Assembly: GCF_008065095.1 (NCBI RefSeq)
Contig: NZ_CP042911.1
Location: 1,830,001-1,862,000, forward strand
Reading direction: 5' to 3'
DNA: 32,000 nucleotides
From: Gemmata obscuriglobus
Lineage (GTDB): Bacteria > Planctomycetota > Planctomycetia > Gemmatales > Gemmataceae
The position numbers and the translations under genes are program-made. The stretch's first letter is position 1. Every line of letters starts with the position of its first letter. The notes under the pieces are model-generated. The model saw only the letters and a list, made by a program, of their open reading frames with translations, had not been told where the DNA came from and did not search any database. This document shows, piece by piece, positions 1-7,134 of this stretch.

Positions 1-912
1 GGCGTGAAGCGGTTCGAGAACCCGCAGCCGACCGCGGAGGCGACGTGGGAGGTGCCGCTGGCGCCCGGCCCGCACACGGTCGCGGTGATCGCCGACTCGC
101 CCGTCAGCAAGGGTATGTCGAAGGTCGGGCAGGTGCTGCGCGACGGCGAGGTCCCGAAGCCGAACCTGTACGTGCTCACGATGGGCGTGGCGGCGTACCC
201 CGGCAAGCTGAAACTCAACTACAGCGCCACCGACGCCGAAATGCTGGCCAAAGCGTTTCAGGAGAAGTCCCGGGGCACCTTCGACAAGATCGAGGTGAAG
301 GTACTGACGGACAAGGCCGCTAGCCGCCAGGGCATCCGCGACGGGCTGACGTGGCTCAAGTCGAAGATGACCCCGCAGGACGTGGGCATCGTGTCCTTTT
401 CCGGGCACGGCTCCCGGGACCTGTTCGGTCGCTTCTACCTGGTCCCGTTCATCGAGTCCGACCCGACCGCCGACGAGAGCGAGTGGGCGCTGTCCGGCGA
501 CGAGTTCAAGAAGCGGCTGGAGGACATGCCGGGGCGGCTGGTCGCGATCCTGGACGCGTGCCACTCGGGCTCGGTGGCCGAGAAGGACGGCCCGCCGCAG
601 GCGGACTCGCTGGTCCGCGACCTGACCGCCGAGGACTCCGGGGTGATCGTGATGTGCGCGTCGCTGGGCCGGGAGTACGCGGCCGAGAGCAAGATCTGCA
701 AGGCCGGGTTCTTCACGCTGGGGCTGGTGGAGGGGCTGAGCGGGCACGCGGACGTGGACGGCGACGGGGTCATTTACATCCACGAACTGGACATGTACGC
801 GACGGCGCGGGTGCGCCAGTTGAGCGGCGGGCTGCAGAACCCGACCCTGGGGCGCCCGTCGGCGGTGAAACCGTTCGTGATCGCCAAGCCCGGGAAACAG
901 GCCGCTCCGTGA
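1..912 (+). CDS. Caspase-like cysteine peptidase (peptidase C14 family), 5'-truncated by the window edge
   Basis: Frame is open from nt 1. Caspase/metacaspase pattern YVLTMGV...ATDAEMLAKAF...VSFSGHGS (His codon 406-408) and AILDACHSGS (Cys codon 559-561), then FFTLGLVEGLSGHADVDGDGVIYIHEL. Followed by a strong terminator. Confidence 0.85.
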   Translation, partial: GVKRFENPQPTAEATWEVPLAPGPHTVAVIADSPVSKGMSKVGQVLRDGEVPKPNLYVLTMGVAAYPGKLKLNYSATDAEMLAKAFQEKSRGTFDKIEVKVLTDKAASRQGIRDGLTWLKSKMTPQDVGIVSFSGHGSRDLFGRFYLVPFIESDPTADESEWALSGDEFKKRLEDMPGRLVAILDACHSGSVAEKDGPPQADSLVRDLTAEDSGVIVMCASLGREYAAESKICKAGFFTLGLVEGLSGHADVDGDGVIYIHELDMYATARVRQLSGGLQNPTLGRPSAVKPFVIAKPGKQAAP

Positions 913-930
913 CCGGAACGGCGCCCGATC

Positions 931-969
931 AACGCCGCGCGGACGTTCCGCGCGGCGTTTTTGTTTTTT
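931..969 (+). terminator. Rho-independent terminator after the caspase-like gene
   Basis: Perfect 13-bp GC-rich stem AACGCCGCGCGGA / TCCGCGCGGCGTT with a 3-nt loop, followed by TTTTTGTTTTTT. Confidence 0.8.
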
Positions 970-1047
970 CGGGCGCAACCGGGACGCGCCGCCGGTCGCG
1001 CGGCAATACCTTTCTGACCGGTGCGGCCGGTCGCACGGAGGCGCACG

Positions 1048-2832
1048 ATGCCGGGTTCTGTTCTCCACGCCGTGGCGCGGCTGACCGCGCCCGATCCACG
1101 CACGGACGCGGGCCTGGTGCGGGCGTTCCTGACCGGCTCGGACGAGGGCGCGTTCGCGGAGCTGGTGCGGCGGCACGGGCCGACGGTGCTGGGCGTGTGC
1201 CGCCGCGCATTGGGCGCGACGCCGGACGCGGAAGACGCGTTCCAGGCGACGTTCCTGGTGCTGGTGCGCCGCGCCCGCTCGACCGAGTGGCGCGACGCGC
1301 TCGGCCCGTGGCTGTACGGCGTCGCGCTCAAGGTCGCCCGCAAGGCCCGTGCGGCCCGTGTGAAGCGCCGCACCCACGAACGGCCGGAGCGCCCGATGAC
1401 CGAACCTGCGACCCCGCCCGCCGAGCCCGACGACGCGGTCGCCGTTCTGGACGAGGAGCTGGCCGCGCTGCCGGCGCGGTACCGGGCGCCGCTGGTGCTG
1501 TGCGAGATCCGGGGCGCGAGCCGCCGGGACGCGGCCCGCGAGCTGGGGCTCGCCGAGGGCACGCTCTCCAGCCGCCTCGCCCGCGGGCGCAAGCTGCTGC
1601 GCGAGCGGCTCGCGCGGCGCGGGGTCGCGCCCGCGGCCGGTGGGCTGGCGGTCGCTGTGCCGGCGGGGCTGGCCGGGGCCACCGTGCGGCACGCGACCCA
1701 CGCACTGGCGCGGGCGGCGGGGGCCGTTCCGGTCGCAATTCTGTCTCTCACGGAAGAGGTCACGAAAACCATGATCGCGAAATGGAAACTGGCGCTGGCG
1801 GCGGTGGCCACCTGCGCCACACTCACCACCCTCGGCGCGTGGAACACATCGGCGCATCCCGTGCCGGTCAGTAACGTTTCGGCCGCAGTGGCACGAGCCG
1901 ACGAGAAGAAGTCGGCTCCGCCGGCCAAGCAACCCGCCCCTGAGCGGGCGAAGGCCGAGGACGGTGCGGAGCGGGTCGCCACTATTTTCGGCGATGTGGC
2001 CGTTACGCGCGAGCAGTTTACCGAACACCTCATTCGTCGGTACGGGCAGAAAGAGCTGGAACGGTTCGTGAACAAGCAGGTCATCGCGCATGCGTTCGCC
2101 CGCAAGGGGCTCGCGCTGGCCCCGGCCGACCCCGAGGCGGCGCTGAACGAGATCTGCACGGCGTCTCGGATGAGCCGCGAGCAACTCGCTCAGGCGGTAC
2201 AGAGCCAGGGCTTTACGCTCGCGGAGTGGAACGAGGATGTCAACCTCCCCCGCGTGATGCTGGCGCACATGTGTAAGGCCAAAGTGGCGCCCCCGACCGA
2301 AGCCGAACTGCGCCAAGCGTTCGACGTGCGGTACGGCGAGAAGCTCGACTGCCGCGTCATCATCTGGACAAACGAAGACGAAGCTCAAAAGGCATACGAA
2401 AAGGTGCGTGGCAGCGAGAAGGAGTTTGACGCCCACGCCCGTCGGTCCGCGGTGGCGGGCCAACCGCGAACCGGCGTGGCCGCCGACGGCCGCGTCGCGC
2501 CGATCCCGCGCGCTCAGCCGCTCAAAGAGGAAGAACAAGTCCATCACGCCGCCGTCAAGAACTTGCAGCGCGGGGACGTGAGCCCACTTCTTCGGATCGA
2601 GCCTGGCTCGTTCGGATTCATGGTCGTTAAGTGTGACCGGGTGATCCCGGCGGACAAAACGAAGTCGTTCGAGAAGGAGAAGGCGGCCCTGATGCTTGAG
2701 GCGCTCGACGCGAAGGTCGTGAACGAATTCCCGAGGTTCCGTAACGAGCTGATGCAGCAGGCCGCCCCGAAATACCACCTCACGTTCCCGGAGCGCGAGT
2801 CGCTCCCGAAGCCCGATCCGGCGAAGAAGTAA
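1048..2832 (+). CDS. ECF-type sigma-70 family sigma factor fused to one TM helix and a periplasmic SurA-N/parvulin(PpiC)-like domain
   Basis: ATG at 1048 preceded by GGAGG. Sigma region 2 (FAELVRRHGP..DAEDAFQATFLVLVRRA) and region 4 HTH (PLVLCEIRGASRRDAARELGLAEGTLSSRLARGRKLLRERL). TM helix KWKLALAAVATCATLTTLGAW. C-terminal ~330 aa show a rotamase-like pattern (DCRVIIW..EDEAQKAYEKV..EKEFDAHAR...GDVSPLLRIEPGSFGFMVVKC). ORF track start 1021 was trimmed to the ATG shared with the paralog at 4010. Confidence 0.85.
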   Translation: MPGSVLHAVARLTAPDPRTDAGLVRAFLTGSDEGAFAELVRRHGPTVLGVCRRALGATPDAEDAFQATFLVLVRRARSTEWRDALGPWLYGVALKVARKARAARVKRRTHERPERPMTEPATPPAEPDDAVAVLDEELAALPARYRAPLVLCEIRGASRRDAARELGLAEGTLSSRLARGRKLLRERLARRGVAPAAGGLAVAVPAGLAGATVRHATHALARAAGAVPVAILSLTEEVTKTMIAKWKLALAAVATCATLTTLGAWNTSAHPVPVSNVSAAVARADEKKSAPPAKQPAPERAKAEDGAERVATIFGDVAVTREQFTEHLIRRYGQKELERFVNKQVIAHAFARKGLALAPADPEAALNEICTASRMSREQLAQAVQSQGFTLAEWNEDVNLPRVMLAHMCKAKVAPPTEAELRQAFDVRYGEKLDCRVIIWTNEDEAQKAYEKVRGSEKEFDAHARRSAVAGQPRTGVAADGRVAPIPRAQPLKEEEQVHHAAVKNLQRGDVSPLLRIEPGSFGFMVVKCDRVIPADKTKSFEKEKAALMLEALDAKVVNEFPRFRNELMQQAAPKYHLTFPERESLPKPDPAKK

Positions 2833-2858
2833 CGGCACGTCGTTACCCCATCGGTCCG

Positions 2859-2884
2859 TGCGGCCGGATGTTCCGGCCGCATTT
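2859..2884 (+). terminator. Hairpin, candidate weak terminator or attenuator, between the first sigma fusion and the stand-alone paralog
   Basis: TGCGGCCGGA-tgt-TCCGGCCGCA 10-bp stem followed by TTTC. The T-tract is short, so function is uncertain. Confidence 0.45.
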
Positions 2885-2912
2885 CGGTCCCTCACGGAAG
2901 AGGTCGAGAGCG

Positions 2913-3929
2913 ATGATTACGAGACAGAAACCCGCCTTGGTGGTACTCACGGCGTGCGTCGTACTCACCGGAGCGGGCGCGTGGCGCACACCGGCCCAAC
3001 CTCCCGCCGGGCTGGCGGACAAGGCAAGCGCGGGGCCGACTGCACCGCTGCCGACGGGTAAGGCGGGTGCGGAGCCGGTGGCCACGATCTTCGGTGACGT
3101 GGCGGTGACCCGCGAGCAGTTCGCCGATCACCTCATCCGCCGGTACGGGCCGAAGGAGCTAAAGGGGTTCGTGTACCGACAAATCGTGAGCACCGTGTTC
3201 GCTCGCCAGGGGCTCAAACTGTCGCCCGAGGAAATCCAGGAGCAACTCGACCGCACCGCCGCCGCACTCAAGATGTCACGGGAGCAGTTGGGAGCGGATA
3301 TCTTGAAGAGCCAGGGAAAGACGATCGACGAGTGGCACGAGGACGTAAACGTCCCAATCATCATGCTCTCACGGCTCGCAAAAGCCAAAGCCGCACCTCC
3401 GACCGAAGCGGAGCTACGCCAAGCGTTCGACGTGCGGTACGGCGAGAAACTCGACTGCCGCATCATCATCTGGGGTGACGAAAAAGAGGCCCGTGCGGCT
3501 TACGAGAAGGTGTGCAGCAGCGAGAAGGAGTTCGACGCCCACGCTCGCCGCTGCACTCAGGCCGGACAGCCGCGATCGGGTATCGCGACCGACGGACGCG
3601 GCGAGCCGATTCCCCGGGCGCAGCCGTTTGAGGGCCACCCGGCGGAACAGGCCGCGCATGCGGCCGCGGCGAAACTCCGACCGGGCGAGGTGAGTCCCTT
3701 GATTCCCGTTGAGATTGAAGGGGAGCGGGGATTCATCGCGCTCAAATGCGACCGGATCATTCCGGCGGACCGAACGAAATCGTTCGAGAAGGAGAAAGCG
3801 GCACTCGCGGACGATGTCACGGGCGCAAAAGTAGACAAGGAGTTCCGAAGGCTGTCGAAAGAGATCATGAAAGAGGCTGCCCCGCGGTATCATTTGACGT
3901 TCCCGAAGATCGATCCGGCGAAGAAGTGA
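2913..3929 (+). CDS. Membrane-anchored SurA-N/parvulin-like protein; sigma-less paralog of the C-terminal part of 1048-2832
   Basis: Colinear protein similarity to residues ~250-603 of the upstream gene (VATIFGDVAVTREQF.., APPTEAELRQAFDVRYGEKLDCRIIIW, SFEKEKAAL, YHLTFP..DPAKK). N-terminal TM MITRQKPALVVLTACVVLTGAGAW. Start is placed at ATG 2913 (GGAAGAGG 9 nt upstream) rather than ATG 2868, which lies inside the hairpin. Confidence 0.85.
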   Translation: MITRQKPALVVLTACVVLTGAGAWRTPAQPPAGLADKASAGPTAPLPTGKAGAEPVATIFGDVAVTREQFADHLIRRYGPKELKGFVYRQIVSTVFARQGLKLSPEEIQEQLDRTAAALKMSREQLGADILKSQGKTIDEWHEDVNVPIIMLSRLAKAKAAPPTEAELRQAFDVRYGEKLDCRIIIWGDEKEARAAYEKVCSSEKEFDAHARRCTQAGQPRSGIATDGRGEPIPRAQPFEGHPAEQAAHAAAAKLRPGEVSPLIPVEIEGERGFIALKCDRIIPADRTKSFEKEKAALADDVTGAKVDKEFRRLSKEIMKEAAPRYHLTFPKIDPAKK

Positions 3930-4009
3930 CCGTGCGGCGGGTGGTGCGGCTTCCCGTCCGTGTTGGGAATCTCGATTGCGTTGTTGCTTCGGCGGCACGG
4001 GAGCAGAGT

Positions 4010-5515
4010 ATGCCGGTTTCGGTTCTTCACGCGGTGTCGCATTTGATCGCTCCGGACGATCGCACGGACGCAGCCCTGGTGCGCGCGTTCGTGATCGACT
4101 CGGACGAGGGCGCGTTCGCGGAGCTGGTGCGGCGGCACGGGCCGTCGGTACTGGGCGTGTGCCGGCGGGCGCTCGGTCCCACGCCGGACGCGGAGGACGC
4201 GTTCCAGGCGACGTTCCTGGTGCTGGTGCGCCGCGCCAGTTCGACGCCGTGGCGTGCGGGCTTGGGGCCGTGGTTGTACGGGGTGGCGCTGCGGGTGTCG
4301 CGGAAGGTGCGCGCGCGTCGGTCGCGTCGCGTGTCGCGAGAGCGTGGGGAGGTTCCGATGGTGGAGCCGGTGGCGCCGGCGTCGGACCCGGACGACGCCG
4401 GCGCGGTGGTGGACGAGGAGCTGTCGGGCTTGCCAGCGCGGTACCGTGAGCCGCTGGTGCTGTGCGAGGTGCAGGGGCTGAGCCGGCGTGCGGCGGCTCG
4501 GGAGTTGGGCGTGGCGGAGGGGACGCTGTCGAGCCGCCTGGCGCGGGGGCGCAAGCTGCTGCGCGAGCGGCTGTCGCGTCGCGGCGTGGTGCCGGTGGCC
4601 GGCGGGTTGGGCGTGGCGGTGCCGTCGGGTCTGGCGGGTGCGACGGTGCGCCACGCGGTGGCGGCGCTGGGACGCTCGTCGGGTGTGGTGCCGGCGGCGG
4701 TGTTGTCCCTCACGGAGGAGGTCACAAAGGCGATGATGGCGAAATGGAAGTTGGCCCTGGCGGTGGTGGCCACGTGCGCCACGCTCACCAGCCTCGGAGC
4801 CTGGAATACGCCCGCGTTGTCCGTACCGATCGCCAGAGCGGCACACGCGGAAACGACACGAGAACAATCGGGACCAGCGGCACCCGCGGATGCGATTCCT
4901 TCAGTCGAGATCGTTGCCCGGGTTGGTGAGAGCCGCGTCATTACCAACCACGACGTTCGCGGCGTCCTGTACCTGATGCCCGGAGCGAGGGGGGCGGAGG
5001 CGCTGGCCGCGGCACTCGGCGCGCCCGCGGGGACCGCGTGGCACAACGATCTGCCCGCACAGGCACTCCGCAAGGCGATCGAGCGGGAACTCATCCTGGA
5101 CGAGATGCACACGCGGCTGAAGAAGGCCAACAAGTTGGTCGTGCTCGACGAAATTCAAGAAGTAGCCGGACCGTCCACTGACCGGCAGTTGCGTGCGCTT
5201 CGTGACAGGACCGGGGCGAAGTCGGACGAGGAGTTCGTTGCGCGGCTTCGCACGCAAGGATTAACGGTGCAGGTGATCCGCCGCCAGATGGAACGCCAGT
5301 TCATGGCCGACCAGTACGTCGCGAGCGTGGTGAAGGCGCGCCTGAAGGGTGACGGCGTGACGCGCGAGAGACGCGAAACTGAGCGTGACGCGCTCATCGA
5401 TGAGTTGTGGCGGAAGGGAACCGTTCGCGTGTTCGATCCGCTCGCCCGTGGCGCATTGAAGCACCGCATCACGGCCCCCGCTCAGGAGCCGCCCACCGAA
5501 CCCGCAAAGGAGTGA
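4010..5515 (+). CDS. ECF-type sigma factor fused to one TM helix and a SurA-N-like periplasmic domain (no parvulin part)
   Basis: ATG 4010 gives MPVSVLHAV.., matching MPGSVLHAV of the 1048 gene. Sigma regions 2 and 4 are nearly identical to the paralog. TM KWKLALAVVATCATLTSLGAW. C-terminal VEIVARVGESRVITNHDV...RELILDEMH...QMERQFMADQYV resembles the SurA N-terminal chaperone domain. The upstream part of track ORF 3746-5515 overlaps the previous gene and is not coding. Confidence 0.85.
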   Translation: MPVSVLHAVSHLIAPDDRTDAALVRAFVIDSDEGAFAELVRRHGPSVLGVCRRALGPTPDAEDAFQATFLVLVRRASSTPWRAGLGPWLYGVALRVSRKVRARRSRRVSRERGEVPMVEPVAPASDPDDAGAVVDEELSGLPARYREPLVLCEVQGLSRRAAARELGVAEGTLSSRLARGRKLLRERLSRRGVVPVAGGLGVAVPSGLAGATVRHAVAALGRSSGVVPAAVLSLTEEVTKAMMAKWKLALAVVATCATLTSLGAWNTPALSVPIARAAHAETTREQSGPAAPADAIPSVEIVARVGESRVITNHDVRGVLYLMPGARGAEALAAALGAPAGTAWHNDLPAQALRKAIERELILDEMHTRLKKANKLVVLDEIQEVAGPSTDRQLRALRDRTGAKSDEEFVARLRTQGLTVQVIRRQMERQFMADQYVASVVKARLKGDGVTRERRETERDALIDELWRKGTVRVFDPLARGALKHRITAPAQEPPTEPAKE

Positions 5516-5658
5516 GCAGAAAAGAGGGCGGTGGCGGTCGTTTGGCGCGCCGCCCGCCGCCTTCTGCCCGCGGCCCGCTGTTCTCAGTTGCCATCGCACA
5601 CACCGGGGTTTACATTCAGCGACATTCCCTCGCCGAACGTTTCCCACCCGGAGCCGAC

Positions 5659-6942
5659 ATGTCCGCCGCTCAGTCCGCTGCGCCCCCGCTCTCGCTCCCG
5701 CTGCGAATCAATCTGTCCGTGATGATGTTCCTCCAGTTCGCGGTTTGGGGGGCGTGGTTCGTCGTGTTCTTCCCGTACCTCCTCGGGCTGAACTTCACGA
5801 GCAGCCAGGCCGGGGCGCTGATCGGCAACATGGCGCTCGGTGCCATCTTCTCAACCATCTTCGCCGGCTATATTGCGGATCGGCTGTTGGCCAGTGAGAA
5901 GCTAATGGCGATCTGTCACCTTGCGGGCGCGGGGGTGCTGTACCTGATCGCCCAAACCCAGGACACGAACCAGTACGGCACGCTGTTCGCGCTCACCTTC
6001 GTGTACGCGCTGCTGTACAACCCGACGCTGGTGCTGGCGAACTCGATCACGTTCGAGCACGTGCCGGACGGGCAGCGCGATTTCCCCGGCATCCGTGTGC
6101 TCGGCACGCTGGGCTGGATCGGGGCCGGGTTCGCGATCGATTTCTTGTTCAAGTCCGAAGGCAAAACGGCGGCCGCTACCAATGGCCCGCTGCTGATGGC
6201 CGCGGGGTTGTCGGCGGCGCTGGGCGTGTACAGCTTCTTCTTGCCCCACACGCCGCCAAAGGGTGAGGCGAAGGGCGTTCCGTTCGTCCGCGCCATCGGA
6301 CTGTTCAAGGATTTCTCGTTCGCTGCGTTCTTCATCGTGTCGCTGGCGATTACGGTGGTGCTGGCGTTTTACTACACGTCCACGTCGGACTTCCTGGCGA
6401 AGCAGTGCGGGGTGAAGGACATCGGGAGCACGATGAGCATCGGACAGGTGTGCGAGACCGTCTTCCTGCCGCTGCTCCCGCTGTTCCTGATCCGGCTCGG
6501 AATGAAATGGGTGCTGGCCCTGGGTATGTTCTGTTGGGGGCTGCGGTATTTCCTGTTCACCAACGCCGGCCCCGAAGGTGTTGGCTTCGCGATGGCCATC
6601 GTCGGCATCGCGCTGCACGGATTCTGTTTCGATTTCTTCTTCGCCGCCGGGTTCATCCACTGCGACAACAAGGCCCCGAAGGACATCCGCGCCAGCGCGC
6701 AGGCGCTGTTCAGTTTCCTCACCTATGGCGTCGGGATGTGGCTCGGTAGCCTCCTGTGCGGCATCCTCCAAGACAAATACACGAATCCCGAAACGAAGGC
6801 CGTGAACTGGAGCGAGTTCTGGATGGTGCCGAGCATCGGCGTGATGGTGTGCCTGGGGGTGTTCCTGTTGGTGTTCCGCGACCGCCCGGGGCGGATCGAG
6901 GAGCCGGCAGTCGCGGGTACAGCTGTGACCCCGCCGGCGTAA
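5659..6942 (+). CDS. MFS nucleoside:H+ symporter family transporter (NupG/XapB-like)
   Basis: From ATG 5659: LRINLSVMMFLQFAVWGAWFVVFFPYL, IADRLLASEK, DFPGIRVLGTLGWIGAGF, QVCETVFLPLLPLFLIRLGMKW, HGFCFDFFFAAGFIHCDNKAPKDIRASAQALF. This is colinear with my recollection of E. coli NupG, with about 12 hydrophobic segments. Confidence 0.85.
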   Translation: MSAAQSAAPPLSLPLRINLSVMMFLQFAVWGAWFVVFFPYLLGLNFTSSQAGALIGNMALGAIFSTIFAGYIADRLLASEKLMAICHLAGAGVLYLIAQTQDTNQYGTLFALTFVYALLYNPTLVLANSITFEHVPDGQRDFPGIRVLGTLGWIGAGFAIDFLFKSEGKTAAATNGPLLMAAGLSAALGVYSFFLPHTPPKGEAKGVPFVRAIGLFKDFSFAAFFIVSLAITVVLAFYYTSTSDFLAKQCGVKDIGSTMSIGQVCETVFLPLLPLFLIRLGMKWVLALGMFCWGLRYFLFTNAGPEGVGFAMAIVGIALHGFCFDFFFAAGFIHCDNKAPKDIRASAQALFSFLTYGVGMWLGSLLCGILQDKYTNPETKAVNWSEFWMVPSIGVMVCLGVFLLVFRDRPGRIEEPAVAGTAVTPPA

Positions 6943-7134
6943 CGCGTTGGCTCGCGTGGCTCGTCGGACGCTCTGCGCTCAAAAATGACTCGGCCGGTGT
7001 CGCGGAACGGCGCCGGCTCGAAGGCTCACCTCACGACCCGCCAGTAGACGGCGACAAATCGCGCCGTCATCATGCCCGGACGCCCGCCGCCGGCGGCGGG
7101 CGCCGTCGCTCGAAACCACGCGAGGACCCGAACC

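Noticed and set aside
913-1047. ECF-type autoregulatory promoter (GGAAC-N16-CGT) upstream of the sigma genes, also sought in 3930-4009
   Set aside because: The GGAAC (915-919) and GGAAT (about 3977) hexamers exist, but spacing to any CGT-type -10 does not fit convincingly. The first overlaps the upstream stop codon and terminator. The evidence is not strong enough to call.
351-2159. Long ORFs 351-1874(+), 774-2159(-), 929-1210(-) and 1328-1738(-) overlapping the caspase-like and sigma genes
   Set aside because: Arg/Ala/Gly/Pro-rich translations without motifs, overlapping frames that carry clear caspase and sigma-70 signatures. These are typical high-GC out-of-frame or antisense ORFs.
2828-2848. 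Stop codon embedded in a GTAACG...CGTTAC hairpin after AAGAAGTAACGG, seen here and again at 10768-10809
   Set aside because: The shared 12-mer AAGAAGTAACGG follows from both proteins ending in Lys-Lys-stop. The stems are short (6-7 bp), and the second has a 23-nt loop. This is most likely coincidence.
2868-2912. ATG 2868 as the start of the stand-alone SurA/parvulin-like gene (ORF-track start)
   Set aside because: This ATG lies inside the hairpin at 2859-2881, and the 15 added residues (MFRPHFGPSRKRSRA) have no counterpart in the paralogs. ATG 2913 has an SD-like GGAAGAGG 9 nt upstream and aligns with the conserved Met of both fusion genes.
3414-5133. ORFs 3414-3998(-), 3890-4867(-), 4027-5133(-), 3976-4449(+) and 4462-4929(+)
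   Set aside because: Shadow or out-of-frame ORFs over the SurA-like and second sigma genes. Compositionally biased, with no domain signatures.
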